From NCBI GenBank assembly GCA_017622175.1, contig JAGARQ010000016.1, forward strand, positions 26-64,025: a stretch of DNA of 64,000 nt. Direction: 5' to 3'. The position numbers and the translations under genes were made by a program. This DNA comes from Bacilli bacterium (GTDB taxonomy: Bacteria; Bacillota_I; Bacilli_A; RF39; UBA660). Positions 49,669-60,384 of the stretch are shown piece by piece (the first letter of the stretch is position 1; each line of letters begins with the position of its first letter). The notes below the pieces were generated by a model. That model saw only the letters and a program-made list of their open reading frames with translations, was not told where the DNA came from and did not search any database.

Positions 49669-51633
49669 CTAATTACCAGTAAGTATTTCATCAAACACAG
49701 GATCTGTAACTTCAGGTTCTGTTCCTTTTATAAAATACATAAGCTTTTTTTTATCTGTTTCATTAGTTATGGGTTTGCCACTAATGGGATCAACAAACAT
49801 TCCCGAAACATTTTTAGGTACGTTATACCAAACCTCATCATTTGATTTGTCCGATTCATAAGCTTCAATTGATTTATACCAAATATTTTGTGAATACTTA
49901 TATTCACTTGTATCTAAAACTCTGTTATCATCATATCCAACCCAAACAGCACACAATACATCACTGTTATAACCTATATTCCAATTATCCCCATATGTTG
50001 TTCCACTTTTTAAAGAATAAGTATGTGTAAGTTTTGGAGCTAGACTAACACCTGTTGGATAATTATAATCAATAAATAAAGGATCATAAGTAACGGTTAA
50101 CATGTTATTAAGAATAAACGCTAAACTAGAGTTTAAAACTAAATCATTATTATTATCAACTTCATACAAGACATTGCCTTTACTATCAACCACTTTTTTT
50201 ATTAAATGTGGACTAACTTTGTATCCTAGATTAGCAAAAGCAGCATAACCAGCAGATAACTCAATAATATTTATTTCATTGGTACCAAGAGGCAAAGAAG
50301 GTACTTCCTCAAGTTTTGCATTTATTCCAACGCGTCTAGCCACATTAACTAATGCATCGGTGCCTAAAAACAAATGAGTCTTTACCGCATAAATGTTATC
50401 AGAATAAGCAACAGCAGCAGCCATCGAAATCGGTTTTTCACCATATACATTATTATAATTCTTAGGAGAATAGTCTTCTTGATCATTAAATGAAAAAGTA
50501 GTTGCTTCACTAGTAAAAGAACTACTAGTAGTAAATCCATTTTCTAATGCTGCATAATAAAGAAATGGTTTCATAGTAGAGCCAACTTGCCTTAAAGAAC
50601 TAGTGGCTCTATTATATGATGATTTGTTGTAATCTCTGCCACCAACAAGAGCAATAATTCCACCTGTTTTTGGATTCATCATAACAGCTGAAGTTTGGAT
50701 AGAAGAATCACTTGGTATACTATCTGCAATATTTTTTTCTAGTTCTTTTTGTGCATTTATGTCAAGATTAGTATAAATTTTAAGACCATTAATATTATTG
50801 TATGAATTTGGAATACTTTCTATTGTTTCTAGCTCATCCATAACAGCATCATAATAATACATAATAGTAGATAATTCATCCTTTTCATTATTTGCAACAA
50901 AAATAAGTTCAGTATTATAAGCATCATTCATTTCTTTTTCAGTAATAACACCATTTTCAACCATTAATTTTAAAATAATATATTGTCGTTCTTTAGCAAG
51001 TTCAAAATTAACAATAGGTGAATAATTAGAAGGAGATTTAGGAATACCTGACAAAATACTAGCTTCAGCTAAAGAAAGTTCACTAGCTGACTTATTAAAA
51101 TAATACTTACTAGCATTCTCAATTCCATATTTTCCATGACCATAATTAATTGTATTTAAATATCCCTCTAGTATTTCATCTTTTTTATAATTTGCTTCAA
51201 TCCTAAGTGTATACCATAACTCATCCCATTTTCTTTTCCAAGTTTTGTCAAAATCTAAAAATAAATTTTTAGCATACTGTTGAGTAATTGTAGATGCACC
51301 TTGTAATGTTTTCCCATTTTTAATATTTATATAACAGGCTTTAAGTATTCTTAAAAAATCAAAACCAAAATGTTTATAAAAGTGCTTATCTTCTGTGGAA
51401 ATAGTTGCATTAATTAGATGATCAGAAATATCGTCTAAACTAATCCATTCCTTTGATTCACTTCCTTTAAAAAAAGATTCATTGTTTGAATCATATAAAA
51501 CCATACTATTTGCAGTATTAATAATAACTTTAGGGGAAAACTTAACATATAAAAAGCCAATACATATAAAAGTAACAACAAAACAAATAATAATTTTAAA
51601 CATATTAAAAATAAACTTTCTGAATCTTTTCAT
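49669..51633 (-). CDS. class A penicillin-binding protein (PBP1A family: glycosyltransferase plus transpeptidase)
   Basis: GT51 motifs EDKHFYKHFGFD and GASTITQQ. Transpeptidase motifs STMKP, SDN and KSGTT. Confidence 0.9.
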   Translation of the reverse strand: MKRFRKFIFNMFKIIICFVVTFICIGFLYVKFSPKVIINTANSMVLYDSNNESFFKGSESKEWISLDDISDHLINATISTEDKHFYKHFGFDFLRILKACYINIKNGKTLQGASTITQQYAKNLFLDFDKTWKRKWDELWYTLRIEANYKKDEILEGYLNTINYGHGKYGIENASKYYFNKSASELSLAEASILSGIPKSPSNYSPIVNFELAKERQYIILKLMVENGVITEKEMNDAYNTELIFVANNEKDELSTIMYYYDAVMDELETIESIPNSYNNINGLKIYTNLDINAQKELEKNIADSIPSDSSIQTSAVMMNPKTGGIIALVGGRDYNKSSYNRATSSLRQVGSTMKPFLYYAALENGFTTSSSFTSEATTFSFNDQEDYSPKNYNNVYGEKPISMAAAVAYSDNIYAVKTHLFLGTDALVNVARRVGINAKLEEVPSLPLGTNEINIIELSAGYAAFANLGYKVSPHLIKKVVDSKGNVLYEVDNNNDLVLNSSLAFILNNMLTVTYDPLFIDYNYPTGVSLAPKLTHTYSLKSGTTYGDNWNIGYNSDVLCAVWVGYDDNRVLDTSEYKYSQNIWYKSIEAYESDKSNDEVWYNVPKNVSGMFVDPISGKPITNETDKKKLMYFIKGTEPEVTDPVFDEILTGN

Positions 51634-51740
51634 AAAAATCTCCTTAATACTATTATTATTAAAGAGAAAATACCAAAATATGTATTAAAATACAAAGAAT
51701 TGTGTTATAATCTATACATAAATTTGAAGTGGGTGATAGT

Positions 51741-52100
51741 ATGTCAAAAATTAATATACACACAGTATTAAAAACACAAGAAAAAACTTATGAGTATAAT
51801 GTCCCTGCAATCTTTAAAGAAGATGAAAGGACTATTATCTATAAAGAACAAGATGAACAAAGAACAACTACTAGCTTCAATTATAGAACTAAAGAATTAA
51901 TAAGAGAAAATGATTCACTAAGAATGCATTACATTTTTAATAAAGATAAAAATTCACGAGGAACAATTCTTGTTAAAGAGTTTGGTCGTTCATTAGATCT
52001 TATAATTAAAACGACTAAAATACTCCGATGTGAGAACAATATTGAAATAGAGTTTTTAGTCGAAGGACAATTATTTAATTATAAAATAGAGGTGAAATAA
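51741..52100 (+). CDS. DUF1934 (YwiB-like) protein
   Basis: Small beta-rich protein immediately upstream of argS and overlapping it, in the ywiB-argS arrangement. Confidence 0.6.
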   Translation: MSKINIHTVLKTQEKTYEYNVPAIFKEDERTIIYKEQDEQRTTTSFNYRTKELIRENDSLRMHYIFNKDKNSRGTILVKEFGRSLDLIIKTTKILRCENNIEIEFLVEGQLFNYKIEVK

Positions 52101-53849
52101 ATGAGTATTATTAAAAATATAACAAAAGAATTAGAAAATATAGTAAAACAAGCTGGATATGAAGTAGATAATTTAGTACTTCAACCATCTGGAAGAAAAG
52201 ATTTAGGACAATATCAATTAAATGATGCAATGCCACTTGCAAAAAAATATGGAAAAAATCCAAGAATGATAGCAGAAGACATTGTTAAAATATTAGAACA
52301 AAATAGTAGATTTACAAATATTAATATTGCAGGACCAGGATTTATTAATATAACGTTAACAGACGAATATTTAGTAGAATTATTAAATAAAATTGCTGCA
52401 AATATAGATGAAAATATTGATAAAGAAGAAACAAAAAAAATCGTAATTGATTATGGTGGAGCAAATGTAGCAAAAGCATTACATGTAGGACATTTAAGAA
52501 GTGCCAACATTGGAGAAGCTTTAAAAAGACTTGCTAAATTATTAGGACATGATGTTTTAGGAGATGCTCACCTTGGAGATTATGGAAGACCATTAGGTTT
52601 AGTTCTAAGAGAAATCAAGGAAAGATATCCTAACTTAGAATACTTTGATGAAAACTACACAGGAGATTTTAGTGAAGTAGAATTGCCAATTACAAATGAA
52701 GATCTTGAAATAATATATCCATATGCTTCAAATAAAGCTAAAGAAGATGAACAATATTTAGAAGATGCCAGAGATATAACTTTAAGAATTCAAAGACATG
52801 AAAAAGGTTACTATGATTTATGGAAGAAAGTTGTAGATATTTCTAAAGAAGATATTAAAGAAACATATGCAGCACTAAATGTTTTCTTTGAAATTTGGAA
52901 TGGTGAATCTGATGAAATGGAATACTTTGATGAACTAAAACAAATTTATGAAGATAAAAATCTACTAGTAGAAAGCGAAGGAGCACAAATAGTAGAAGTT
53001 GCAACAGAAGAAGACAAGGCTCCAATGCCACCACTAATATTTACAAGAAGCAATGGTGTTGCTTCCTATGAAACAACAGATTTAGCTGCTATTTATGAAA
53101 GAAAAATAAATTTCAATCCAGATGAAATTTGGTATGTAGTAGATGGAAGACAATCTTTACACTTTGAACAAACATTTAGAGCAGCAAGAAAAGCAGATTT
53201 AGTAAGTGATAACGTAGTGTTGGAACATATCGGATTTGGAACAATGAATGGAAAAGATGGAAAACCATTTAAAACAAGAGATGGTGGCGTACTAAGCCTA
53301 AAATCATTAATGAATTTAGTTTATAATGAAACATACAGTAAAATAACAAATGAATCTATTCAAGAACAAGAAAAAGAAAAAGTAGCTAAAACAGTTGCAG
53401 TAGCAGCTTTAAAATATGCGGATCTTTTACCATTTAGAGGAACAGATTATATATTTGAATTAGAAAAATTTGCTGATTTAGAAGGAAAAACAGGATCATA
53501 TATTTTATATTCAACAATAAGAATGAAATCATTACTTGCTAAAGCATCAGAATTAAAACAAGAGAAAATGCAACTAATTGGTGGCGAAACAGAAAAAGAA
53601 ATAGCATTAACAATTTTAAGTATGCCAACAGTTTTAACTAAAGCAAAAGAAGCAAGATCATTAAATGATATTGCAGAATATTTATATAAATTAACATCTT
53701 TATATAATAAATTCTATTCAGAAAATAAGGTACTAGTAGAAGAAAATCAACAATTACAAGAATCATGGTTAGTATTAACAAAACTTGTATATGATATAAA
53801 TATCTTGCTTTTAGATGTACTTGGAATAAAAGTTCCAGAAAAAATGTAA
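52101..53849 (+). CDS. argS: arginine--tRNA ligase
   Basis: GGANVAKALHVGHLRS (HIGH motif), a class I KMSK-region equivalent and a DALR anticodon-binding C-terminus. Confidence 0.95.
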   Translation: MSIIKNITKELENIVKQAGYEVDNLVLQPSGRKDLGQYQLNDAMPLAKKYGKNPRMIAEDIVKILEQNSRFTNINIAGPGFINITLTDEYLVELLNKIAANIDENIDKEETKKIVIDYGGANVAKALHVGHLRSANIGEALKRLAKLLGHDVLGDAHLGDYGRPLGLVLREIKERYPNLEYFDENYTGDFSEVELPITNEDLEIIYPYASNKAKEDEQYLEDARDITLRIQRHEKGYYDLWKKVVDISKEDIKETYAALNVFFEIWNGESDEMEYFDELKQIYEDKNLLVESEGAQIVEVATEEDKAPMPPLIFTRSNGVASYETTDLAAIYERKINFNPDEIWYVVDGRQSLHFEQTFRAARKADLVSDNVVLEHIGFGTMNGKDGKPFKTRDGGVLSLKSLMNLVYNETYSKITNESIQEQEKEKVAKTVAVAALKYADLLPFRGTDYIFELEKFADLEGKTGSYILYSTIRMKSLLAKASELKQEKMQLIGGETEKEIALTILSMPTVLTKAKEARSLNDIAEYLYKLTSLYNKFYSENKVLVEENQQLQESWLVLTKLVYDINILLLDVLGIKVPEKM

Positions 53850-53883
53850 AAAAATAGTTGTATTTATATAAAATCTATGTTAT

Positions 53884-53925
53884 AAGTTTGTTGGCGCTTT
53901 TATAGTGCTAACAAACTTTATTAAT
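53884..53925 (+). terminator. rho-independent terminator after argS
   Basis: A 14-bp stem AAGTTTGTTGGCGC / GTGCTAACAAACTT (two G-U pairs), followed by a T-rich tail. Confidence 0.65.
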
Positions 53926-53958
53926 TAAACATATAATGTTTTAATATAGGAGGGCAAT

Positions 53959-54405
53959 ATGAGTCTTAAGAAAATGACAAAAGAAGATTTAGAATTACTA
54001 TCAAACAAGGATATAACAAATTTAATATTAGAAGAAAGTAAGAAATCAATAAATACAGCTGATCTTTTCAAAAGAATCATCGAATTATTAGAGTTACCAT
54101 CAAGTACTTTTGAAAATAAGATTGGAGATTACTATACAGCTCTTGCTACAGATAAAAGATTTATTTTATTAGAAGATGGTACATGGGACTTAAGAAGTCG
54201 TCACACTTCTGATAAAGTGGTAAAAATTGCTGAAGAAGACGAAGAAGATGAAGAAGAACAAAATGAAGAGCAAGAAGAACAAGATGAAGATTTACTAGAA
54301 GACAGTTATGACGATGCAGAAGATGAAGATTACGATGAAGATACTAATGAAGAATTAAAAGATTTAGTAGTAATCGACGAAGATGAATTAGAACTAGAAC
54401 AATAA
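53959..54405 (+). CDS. rpoE: DNA-directed RNA polymerase subunit delta
   Basis: HARE-HTH-like N-terminal domain (DYYTALATDKRFILLEDGTWDLR) followed by a long Asp/Glu tail. Confidence 0.9.
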   Translation: MSLKKMTKEDLELLSNKDITNLILEESKKSINTADLFKRIIELLELPSSTFENKIGDYYTALATDKRFILLEDGTWDLRSRHTSDKVVKIAEEDEEDEEEQNEEQEEQDEDLLEDSYDDAEDEDYDEDTNEELKDLVVIDEDELELEQ

Positions 54406-54468
54406 TCTAGTTTTTTTCTTAAAAAAAATATGATATAATACAACTGATTACCGAGAAAGGGTGAAAAT

Positions 54469-55533
54469 ATGATAGAAAGATTAGAAGCAACACTTGAAAA
54501 GTATAATCAATTAGAACAAGAACTAACAAAACCAGAAGTTTTAAGTGATGTAAAGAAAACAAGAGAGTATTCAAAAGAAATGGCTTCTTTAGAAGATATC
54601 GTTACTTGCTATAAAAGATATAAAAAAGTTTTAGAAGATATCGAAAGTACTAAAGAAATGACAAAAGATCCAGATTTAGGAGAAATGGCTAAAGAAGAAC
54701 TAAAAGAACTAGAAGACGAAAAAATAAAATTAGACGGAGAATTAGAGATATTATTAATTCCAAAAGACCCTAATGATGATAAAAACGTAGTTGTAGAAAT
54801 TCGTGGAGCAGCAGGTGGGGATGAAGCAAATATCTTTGCTGGAGACTTATTTAGAATGTATACAAGATATGCAGAAAAACAAGGTTTTTCCTATCAAGTA
54901 TATAACTCTGTTGATGGTACAGCAGGAGGATTTAGTCAAATTGAATTTATTATTAAAGGTAAGAACGCATATTCATTATTAAAATATGAAAGTGGGTCTC
55001 ATAGAGTTCAACGTGTTCCCGTAACAGAAGCAAACGGAAGATTACAAACATCAACAGCCACTGTATTAGTAATGCCAGAAGCTGATGACGATATAGATAT
55101 TCAAATAAATCCAAATGATTTAAGAATAGATATTTATCGTTCAAGTGGATGTGGAGGACAAGGAGTAAACACAACTGACTCAGCAGTAAGAATTACTCAC
55201 TTACCAACAAATACAGTAGTTACATGTCAAAATGAACGTAGTCAAATTCAAAATAAAGAACAAGCAATGAAAGTTTTAAAGACTAGACTTTATGAATTAG
55301 AACTTCAAAAACAATTAGAAGAAGCAGGTGCAGCACGTCGTAGTAAAATTGGCACAGGAGATAGAGCTGAAAAAATTAGAACATATAACTATCCACAAAA
55401 TCGTGTAACAGACCATAGAATTGGTTTCACAACAAATAACTTAGATAGAATTATGGATGGCGCTCTAGACGATGTTGTAGATGCACTAATCCAAGAAGAC
55501 CAAAAGAGAAAACTTCAAGGAGAAGAAGAATAG
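54469..55533 (+). CDS. prfA: peptide chain release factor 1
   Basis: The PVT-type tripeptide region (RVQRVPVTE) and the GGQ motif (SGCGGQGVNTTDSAVR). Confidence 0.97.
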   Translation: MIERLEATLEKYNQLEQELTKPEVLSDVKKTREYSKEMASLEDIVTCYKRYKKVLEDIESTKEMTKDPDLGEMAKEELKELEDEKIKLDGELEILLIPKDPNDDKNVVVEIRGAAGGDEANIFAGDLFRMYTRYAEKQGFSYQVYNSVDGTAGGFSQIEFIIKGKNAYSLLKYESGSHRVQRVPVTEANGRLQTSTATVLVMPEADDDIDIQINPNDLRIDIYRSSGCGGQGVNTTDSAVRITHLPTNTVVTCQNERSQIQNKEQAMKVLKTRLYELELQKQLEEAGAARRSKIGTGDRAEKIRTYNYPQNRVTDHRIGFTTNNLDRIMDGALDDVVDALIQEDQKRKLQGEEE

Positions 55534-55544
55534 GAGTTGAAAAT

Positions 55545-56369
55545 ATGCGAGTAGAAGACTTATTAGTATATGGAAAAAGCGAATGTCACTCAGACCTTGC
55601 AAAAATGTTACTCGCAGAACTTTTAGAACTTAATCCTTTAGAATTATTAAATCATTTAAATGATGTAGTATCAGAAGAAAAATCTAATCTATATAAAAAA
55701 GAGTGTCAGGCCATTAGAGAAGGAAAACCAATTCAATATGTAATTGGAAATGTTAACTTCTACGGAGAAACATTCTATGTAAATGAAAATGTACTAATTC
55801 CAAGATTTGAAACAGAAGAATTAGTAGAAAATACAGTTACATATATAAATAAGTTTTTCACAGAACCTGTGGATATAATTGATTTAGGATGTGGAAGTGG
55901 TGTAATAGGACTTACTTTAGAAAAAAAAGTTTCCACAAAATCTGTGGATTTAATAGATATAAGTCCAAAAGCATTAGCTGTTACCTACAAAAATTGTGTA
56001 AAACTTTCTTCAACAGCCAATCTAATTAACAGTGATATGTTTGAAAAAGTGGATAAAAAATACGATGTAATTATAAGTAATCCGCCATATATCAAAACAA
56101 ATGAAGAAATAGAAGACATAGTAAAAGATAATGAGCCACATCTTGCATTATATGCTGGAGAAGATGGACTAGATTGTTATAAAAAAATATTAGAAAATAT
56201 AGAAAGTCATATGAAAGAAAGATGTTTAGTAGCTTTTGAAATTGGCTATGAACAGGCAAATGATATTATAGAACTTGTAAATAAGCATCTCTCCAATGTG
56301 AAAACAGAAGTAAAAAAAGACTTATCTGGAAAAGACAGAATGATATTTATTTTTAAAAATCTTGAATAA
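55545..56369 (+). CDS. prmC: release factor glutamine methyltransferase
   Basis: DLGCGSG and NPPY motifs. It lies downstream of prfA. Confidence 0.9.
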   Translation: MRVEDLLVYGKSECHSDLAKMLLAELLELNPLELLNHLNDVVSEEKSNLYKKECQAIREGKPIQYVIGNVNFYGETFYVNENVLIPRFETEELVENTVTYINKFFTEPVDIIDLGCGSGVIGLTLEKKVSTKSVDLIDISPKALAVTYKNCVKLSSTANLINSDMFEKVDKKYDVIISNPPYIKTNEEIEDIVKDNEPHLALYAGEDGLDCYKKILENIESHMKERCLVAFEIGYEQANDIIELVNKHLSNVKTEVKKDLSGKDRMIFIFKNLE

Positions 56370-56380
56370 AATATTTAAAT

Positions 56381-56412
56381 AAACCTCACTATTAAAATGA
56401 AAGTGAGGTTTT
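56381..56412 (+). terminator. hairpin/terminator after prmC, overlapping the spoIIR RBS
   Basis: AACCTCACT, an 11-nt loop, AGTGAGGTT, then TTTAT. The 3' arm contains the only Shine-Dalgarno-like sequence (GTGAGG) for spoIIR. Confidence 0.55.
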
Positions 56413-56415
56413 TAT

Positions 56416-56937
56416 ATGAAAAAAATCATAATATTAATATCATTTATAATAGTAATTTTATGTTTACTTAAAACAGATACAGTAATAATACCCAAAGAAG
56501 CTATTAGATTTAGAGTAATAGCAAGTAGTAATACAGAAAAAGATCAATATATTAAAAAAGAAATAGTAAAAGATTTACAAAAAGAAATAAAAAAACTAAA
56601 TATAATTCCAAAAAGCTTAGAAATCAATAGAGCTATTATTAAAGAAAATATTCCAAATTATAAAAAAACAATAAATAATACTCTAAAAAATTTAAATGAA
56701 GAAGCAGAATACACTATTAAGTACGGTATGAATTACTTTCCTAAAAAAGAATATCAAGGTGTAATATACGAAGAAGGAGAGTATGAATCACTTGTAGTTG
56801 AAATAGGAGATGCACAAGGAGATAACTTCTGGTGCGTGCTATTTCCACCATTATGCTTATTAGAAGGAGAAGTGGAAAACAAAGATAATATAGAATATAC
56901 CTCATTTATAAAAGAAATTATAGAAAAGTACCTTTAA
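56416..56937 (+). CDS. spoIIR: stage II sporulation protein R
   Basis: Signal/TM N-terminus, IRFRVIASSNTEKDQ and GDNFWCVLFPPLC motifs characteristic of SpoIIR. Confidence 0.85.
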   Translation: MKKIIILISFIIVILCLLKTDTVIIPKEAIRFRVIASSNTEKDQYIKKEIVKDLQKEIKKLNIIPKSLEINRAIIKENIPNYKKTINNTLKNLNEEAEYTIKYGMNYFPKKEYQGVIYEEGEYESLVVEIGDAQGDNFWCVLFPPLCLLEGEVENKDNIEYTSFIKEIIEKYL

Positions 56938-57058
56938 CAAAATAATGAATAAACTAATATAGAAATGTTCTTTATCTTTACGTTTTGTTTACGGTAAAAA
57001 CGTTGAAATAATTGACAAAACAACTAGTTTCTCATAAGATTAAATTGGGTGATAAGAA

Positions 57059-57904
57059 ATGTTAGAAAATTTCAATGAAATGTTAAATAAAGCAAAAAAA
57101 GGTCATTATGCAGTGCCACAATTTAATATTAATAATCTAGAATGGACTAAATATATTTTAGAAGCATGTAGAGATTTAAATGTACCTGTAATACTAGGCG
57201 TAAGTGAAGGTGCAGCAAAATATATGGGTGGATACAATGTTGTATCCGCAATGGTAAAAGAGTTAGTTAAATCACTTAATGTAACAACACCAGTATGCAT
57301 TCATTTAGATCATGGTACATCATATGAATCATGTCAAAAGGCAATTGATGCAGGATTTACATCAGTTATGATTGATGCATCACGCCATGAATTAGCAGAA
57401 AATATTAGAATTACAAAAGAAGTAGTTGAATATGCACACTCAAAAGGAGTAAGTGTTGAAGCAGAAGTAGGACATATTGGTGGTACAGAAGATAATATTA
57501 CTTCAACAAGTACCAATGCAACTTTAGAAGATTGCCAAGTATTATATGAAAATACAGGTATAGACTCACTAGCTCCTGCATTAGGAAGCGTTCATGGATT
57601 CTATAAAGGTGAACCAAACTTAGATTTTGAAACAATGGAAATTATTAATAATAATTTACCAATTCCACTAGTATTACATGGTGGAACAGGTATTCCAGAA
57701 GATAAAATAGCTAAAGCAATTAGCTGTGGAATCTCAAAAATAAATATAAATACTGATTTACAAGCAGTGTGGAGTAACGCAGTAAGAAATAAGTTAGAAA
57801 ATGATAAAGAAGTGTATGATCCACGTAAAGTTATTGGAAGCGGCGAAGAAGCAATGAAAACAAGAATTAAAGAACTAGTTACTCTATTCAACACTCGCTT
57901 ATAA
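57059..57904 (+). CDS. fba: class II fructose-bisphosphate aldolase
   Basis: YAVPQFNINNLEW, HLDHG and LVLHGGTGIP. Confidence 0.95.
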   Translation: MLENFNEMLNKAKKGHYAVPQFNINNLEWTKYILEACRDLNVPVILGVSEGAAKYMGGYNVVSAMVKELVKSLNVTTPVCIHLDHGTSYESCQKAIDAGFTSVMIDASRHELAENIRITKEVVEYAHSKGVSVEAEVGHIGGTEDNITSTSTNATLEDCQVLYENTGIDSLAPALGSVHGFYKGEPNLDFETMEIINNNLPIPLVLHGGTGIPEDKIAKAISCGISKININTDLQAVWSNAVRNKLENDKEVYDPRKVIGSGEEAMKTRIKELVTLFNTRL

Positions 57905-57926
57905 AATAGAGTGGAGGTATAATAAC

Positions 57927-59180
57927 ATGAAAATTATGGAAATCTGTGGTGCCAAGGAATTAACTGGAACCATCAGAATCAGTGGGGCAAAAAATGCAAC
58001 TGTTGCTTTAATTCCAGCAGCAATTTTAACTGATGAAGAAGCAACAATATGTAATATTCCAGAAATTACAGATACAGAAGCACTATGTGATATATTGGAA
58101 GCGCTTAATGTAGATGTAAAAAGAGCAAGTGAAAGTATCATTATTAATCCGGAAAACATGCAAAATATTGAAATTGAAGAAAAATTTTCTAAAAAATTAC
58201 GCGCATCATATTATTTTATGGGTGCATTATTGGGAAAATATAAAAAAGCATCAATGTACTTTCCTGGTGGATGTTCAATCGGAGCAAGACCAATTGACTT
58301 ACACTTAAAAGGTTTTGAGGCCTTAGGTGCCAAAGTAACAAATGAAGGAAATAAATATATTGTTGAAGCTGAAGATTTAAAAGGAGCAAATATTTATTTA
58401 GATTTTGCATCAGTAGGAGCAACAATTAATATTATGTTAGCAGCAGTTCGTGCTAGAGGTACAACTGTTATTGATAATGCTGCAAAAGAACCAGAAATAG
58501 TAAATGTGGCAACTTTCTTAAATAATATGGGTGCAAAAATAACTGGAGCAGGAACATCAACAATCAAAATTGTTGGAGTTGACCATTTAGGTAAGTGTTT
58601 CCATGAGGTAATACCAGATAGAATTGAGGCAGGTACATATATTATTATTGGAGCATTATGTGGAAAGCCACTAAAAGTAGACAATATTATCCCAGAACAC
58701 GTAGATGCCTTACTATCTAAACTAGATGAAATTGGTGTAGATATGGAAATAGGAGCTGACTACGTTGTTGTAAGTAAACCAGAAAAATACAAAGCAACAT
58801 CATTAAAAACAGCTGTATACCCAGGATTTGCAACAGACTTACAACAACCATTTACAGTTTTATTAACTCAAAGTAATGGAAAATCTAAAGTAACAGAAAC
58901 AATTTGGGAAAATCGTTTTATGCATATACCATATTTAAATAGTCTAGGGGCAGATATATCTGTAAAAAACCAAACAGCTACAATTATGGGACCACATAAA
59001 TTAGTTGGAACAGAGGTAGTTGCAACAGACTTACGTGCAGGTGCAGCTATGGTTGCAGCAGCTTTACTAGCAGAAGGTAAAACTACAATTACTAATGTAG
59101 AACACATTTTAAGAGGTTATGAACACATTGTAGAAAAACTAACTGAAGTCGGTGCTAAAATAGAAATAAAAGAAATATAA
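57927..59180 (+). CDS. murA: UDP-N-acetylglucosamine 1-carboxyvinyltransferase
   Basis: ISGAKNATVALIPAAIL, GGCSIGARPIDLHL (active-site Cys) and ATDLRAGAAMV. Confidence 0.95.
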   Translation: MKIMEICGAKELTGTIRISGAKNATVALIPAAILTDEEATICNIPEITDTEALCDILEALNVDVKRASESIIINPENMQNIEIEEKFSKKLRASYYFMGALLGKYKKASMYFPGGCSIGARPIDLHLKGFEALGAKVTNEGNKYIVEAEDLKGANIYLDFASVGATINIMLAAVRARGTTVIDNAAKEPEIVNVATFLNNMGAKITGAGTSTIKIVGVDHLGKCFHEVIPDRIEAGTYIIIGALCGKPLKVDNIIPEHVDALLSKLDEIGVDMEIGADYVVVSKPEKYKATSLKTAVYPGFATDLQQPFTVLLTQSNGKSKVTETIWENRFMHIPYLNSLGADISVKNQTATIMGPHKLVGTEVVATDLRAGAAMVAAALLAEGKTTITNVEHILRGYEHIVEKLTEVGAKIEIKEI

Positions 59181-59211
59181 TTAATTATATTTCTTTTTTT
59201 ATGGAGGTAAT

Positions 59212-59940
59212 ATGAAAATCTCTAAAAAATTAAAAGTACTGATAATACTATTTATGTGTGGAACAACCTTTTTCATATATAAATATACAAATTATAATAA
59301 TATAACTTATACAGTACTAGGCGACGGCCTTTCATGTGGTATTGATTCTTATGGAAGAAAAACCTATAGTTACGGTGATTATGTAAAAGATTATCTTACT
59401 GAGAAAAATAAACTAAAAGATTATTATAAAGAATATACAAAACAAGATATGACAATAGAAATGTTGCATAATACATTATTAACAAACCAAAAAAAGGAAT
59501 ATAAATACACAAATAAGAACATAAAGGAAATATTAAGAGAAACAGATTACTTAACTATGTCAATTGGTATTAATGATTTATTATATTTACTCACAACTAC
59601 AAACGAATTATCTGAAGCAAAAATAGATGAGATAATTAGTGAAATAGAAATAAAATTTAATAACTTAATCCAAGAAATAAGAAAAGTATACAATAGAGAA
59701 ATATATATAATAGGTTATTATGATTTAAATATAAATAATAAATTATATAAAACAGCAATAAAAAAATTAAATAATATATATAAGAAAAATAATAATGTAA
59801 CCTATATATCTACATATATAATATCTGAAAATAAGAATATATTTTTATCAAATTCTATGAATTATTACCCAAATTATAAAGGATATCAAGTAATAGCAAG
59901 TAAAATAATCGATAAAATATCAAAAAAACTTGAAAAATAG
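59212..59940 (+). CDS. SGNH/GDSL-like hydrolase family protein, membrane-anchored
   Basis: N-terminal TM helix, block I VLGDGLS, and GINDL (block III-like). Confidence 0.55.
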   Translation: MKISKKLKVLIILFMCGTTFFIYKYTNYNNITYTVLGDGLSCGIDSYGRKTYSYGDYVKDYLTEKNKLKDYYKEYTKQDMTIEMLHNTLLTNQKKEYKYTNKNIKEILRETDYLTMSIGINDLLYLLTTTNELSEAKIDEIISEIEIKFNNLIQEIRKVYNREIYIIGYYDLNINNKLYKTAIKKLNNIYKKNNNVTYISTYIISENKNIFLSNSMNYYPNYKGYQVIASKIIDKISKKLEK

Positions 59941-59958
59941 AAAAATCCTTGCTATACT
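59930..59958 (+). promoter_or_regulatory. putative sigma-A promoter of rpmE
   Basis: TTGAAA, a 17-nt spacer, then TATACT. Confidence 0.45.
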
Positions 59959-60015
59959 AATAACGCATTTGAATTACTATGACTTTATTAGTCATGGCGG
60001 AAGGAGAAGATAAAT

Positions 60016-60237
60016 ATGAAAAAAGATATACATCCAGAAGTAAAAGAATGTACAGTAACTTGTGCATGTGGAGAAACTTTTACAGTTAAATCAACAAAAT
60101 CAGAAATCAATGTTGAAGTTTGTTCTAAATGTCATCCTTTCTATACAGGAAAACAAAGTAGAGCATCTCGTGCAGGACGCGTAGATAAATTCAACAAAAA
60201 ATACGGATTTACATCAACAAATGAAACTGCTGAATAA
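60016..60237 (+). CDS. rpmE: 50S ribosomal protein L31 (zinc-binding type A)
   Basis: MKKDIHPE..., CxC...[10 protein letters not shown]. Confidence 0.95.
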   Translation: MKKDIHPEVKECTVTCACGETFTVKSTKSEINVEVCSKCHPFYTGKQSRASRAGRVDKFNKKYGFTSTNETAE

Positions 60238-60248
60238 GCAGTTTTTTT
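60226..60248 (+). terminator. rho-independent terminator after rpmE
   Basis: ACTGCT-GAATA-AGCAGT followed by T7. Confidence 0.75.
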
Positions 60249-60251
60249 ATT

Positions 60252-60326
60252 AATTCCACAGTTAGTGTGGAAAAAGTTTTCAACAACTAAAAATAACAAA
60301 ATATTATCCACAAAAATTGTGGAAAT
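60252..60326. promoter_or_regulatory. DnaA-box cluster (two head-to-head pairs)
   Basis: AATTCCACA (60252-60260) faces TGTGGAAAA (60266-60274). The perfect box TTATCCACA (60304-60312) faces TGTGGAAAT (60318-60326). Confidence 0.6.
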
Positions 60327-60384
60327 AATAAATGAGGTAGAAATACCTCATTTTTCTATGCTATAATTATTAAGAGGGATAGGT

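Noticed and set aside
57106-59107. Multiple 60-97-aa minus-strand ORFs across fba and murA
   Set aside because: All of them are antisense shadows of strongly supported genes.
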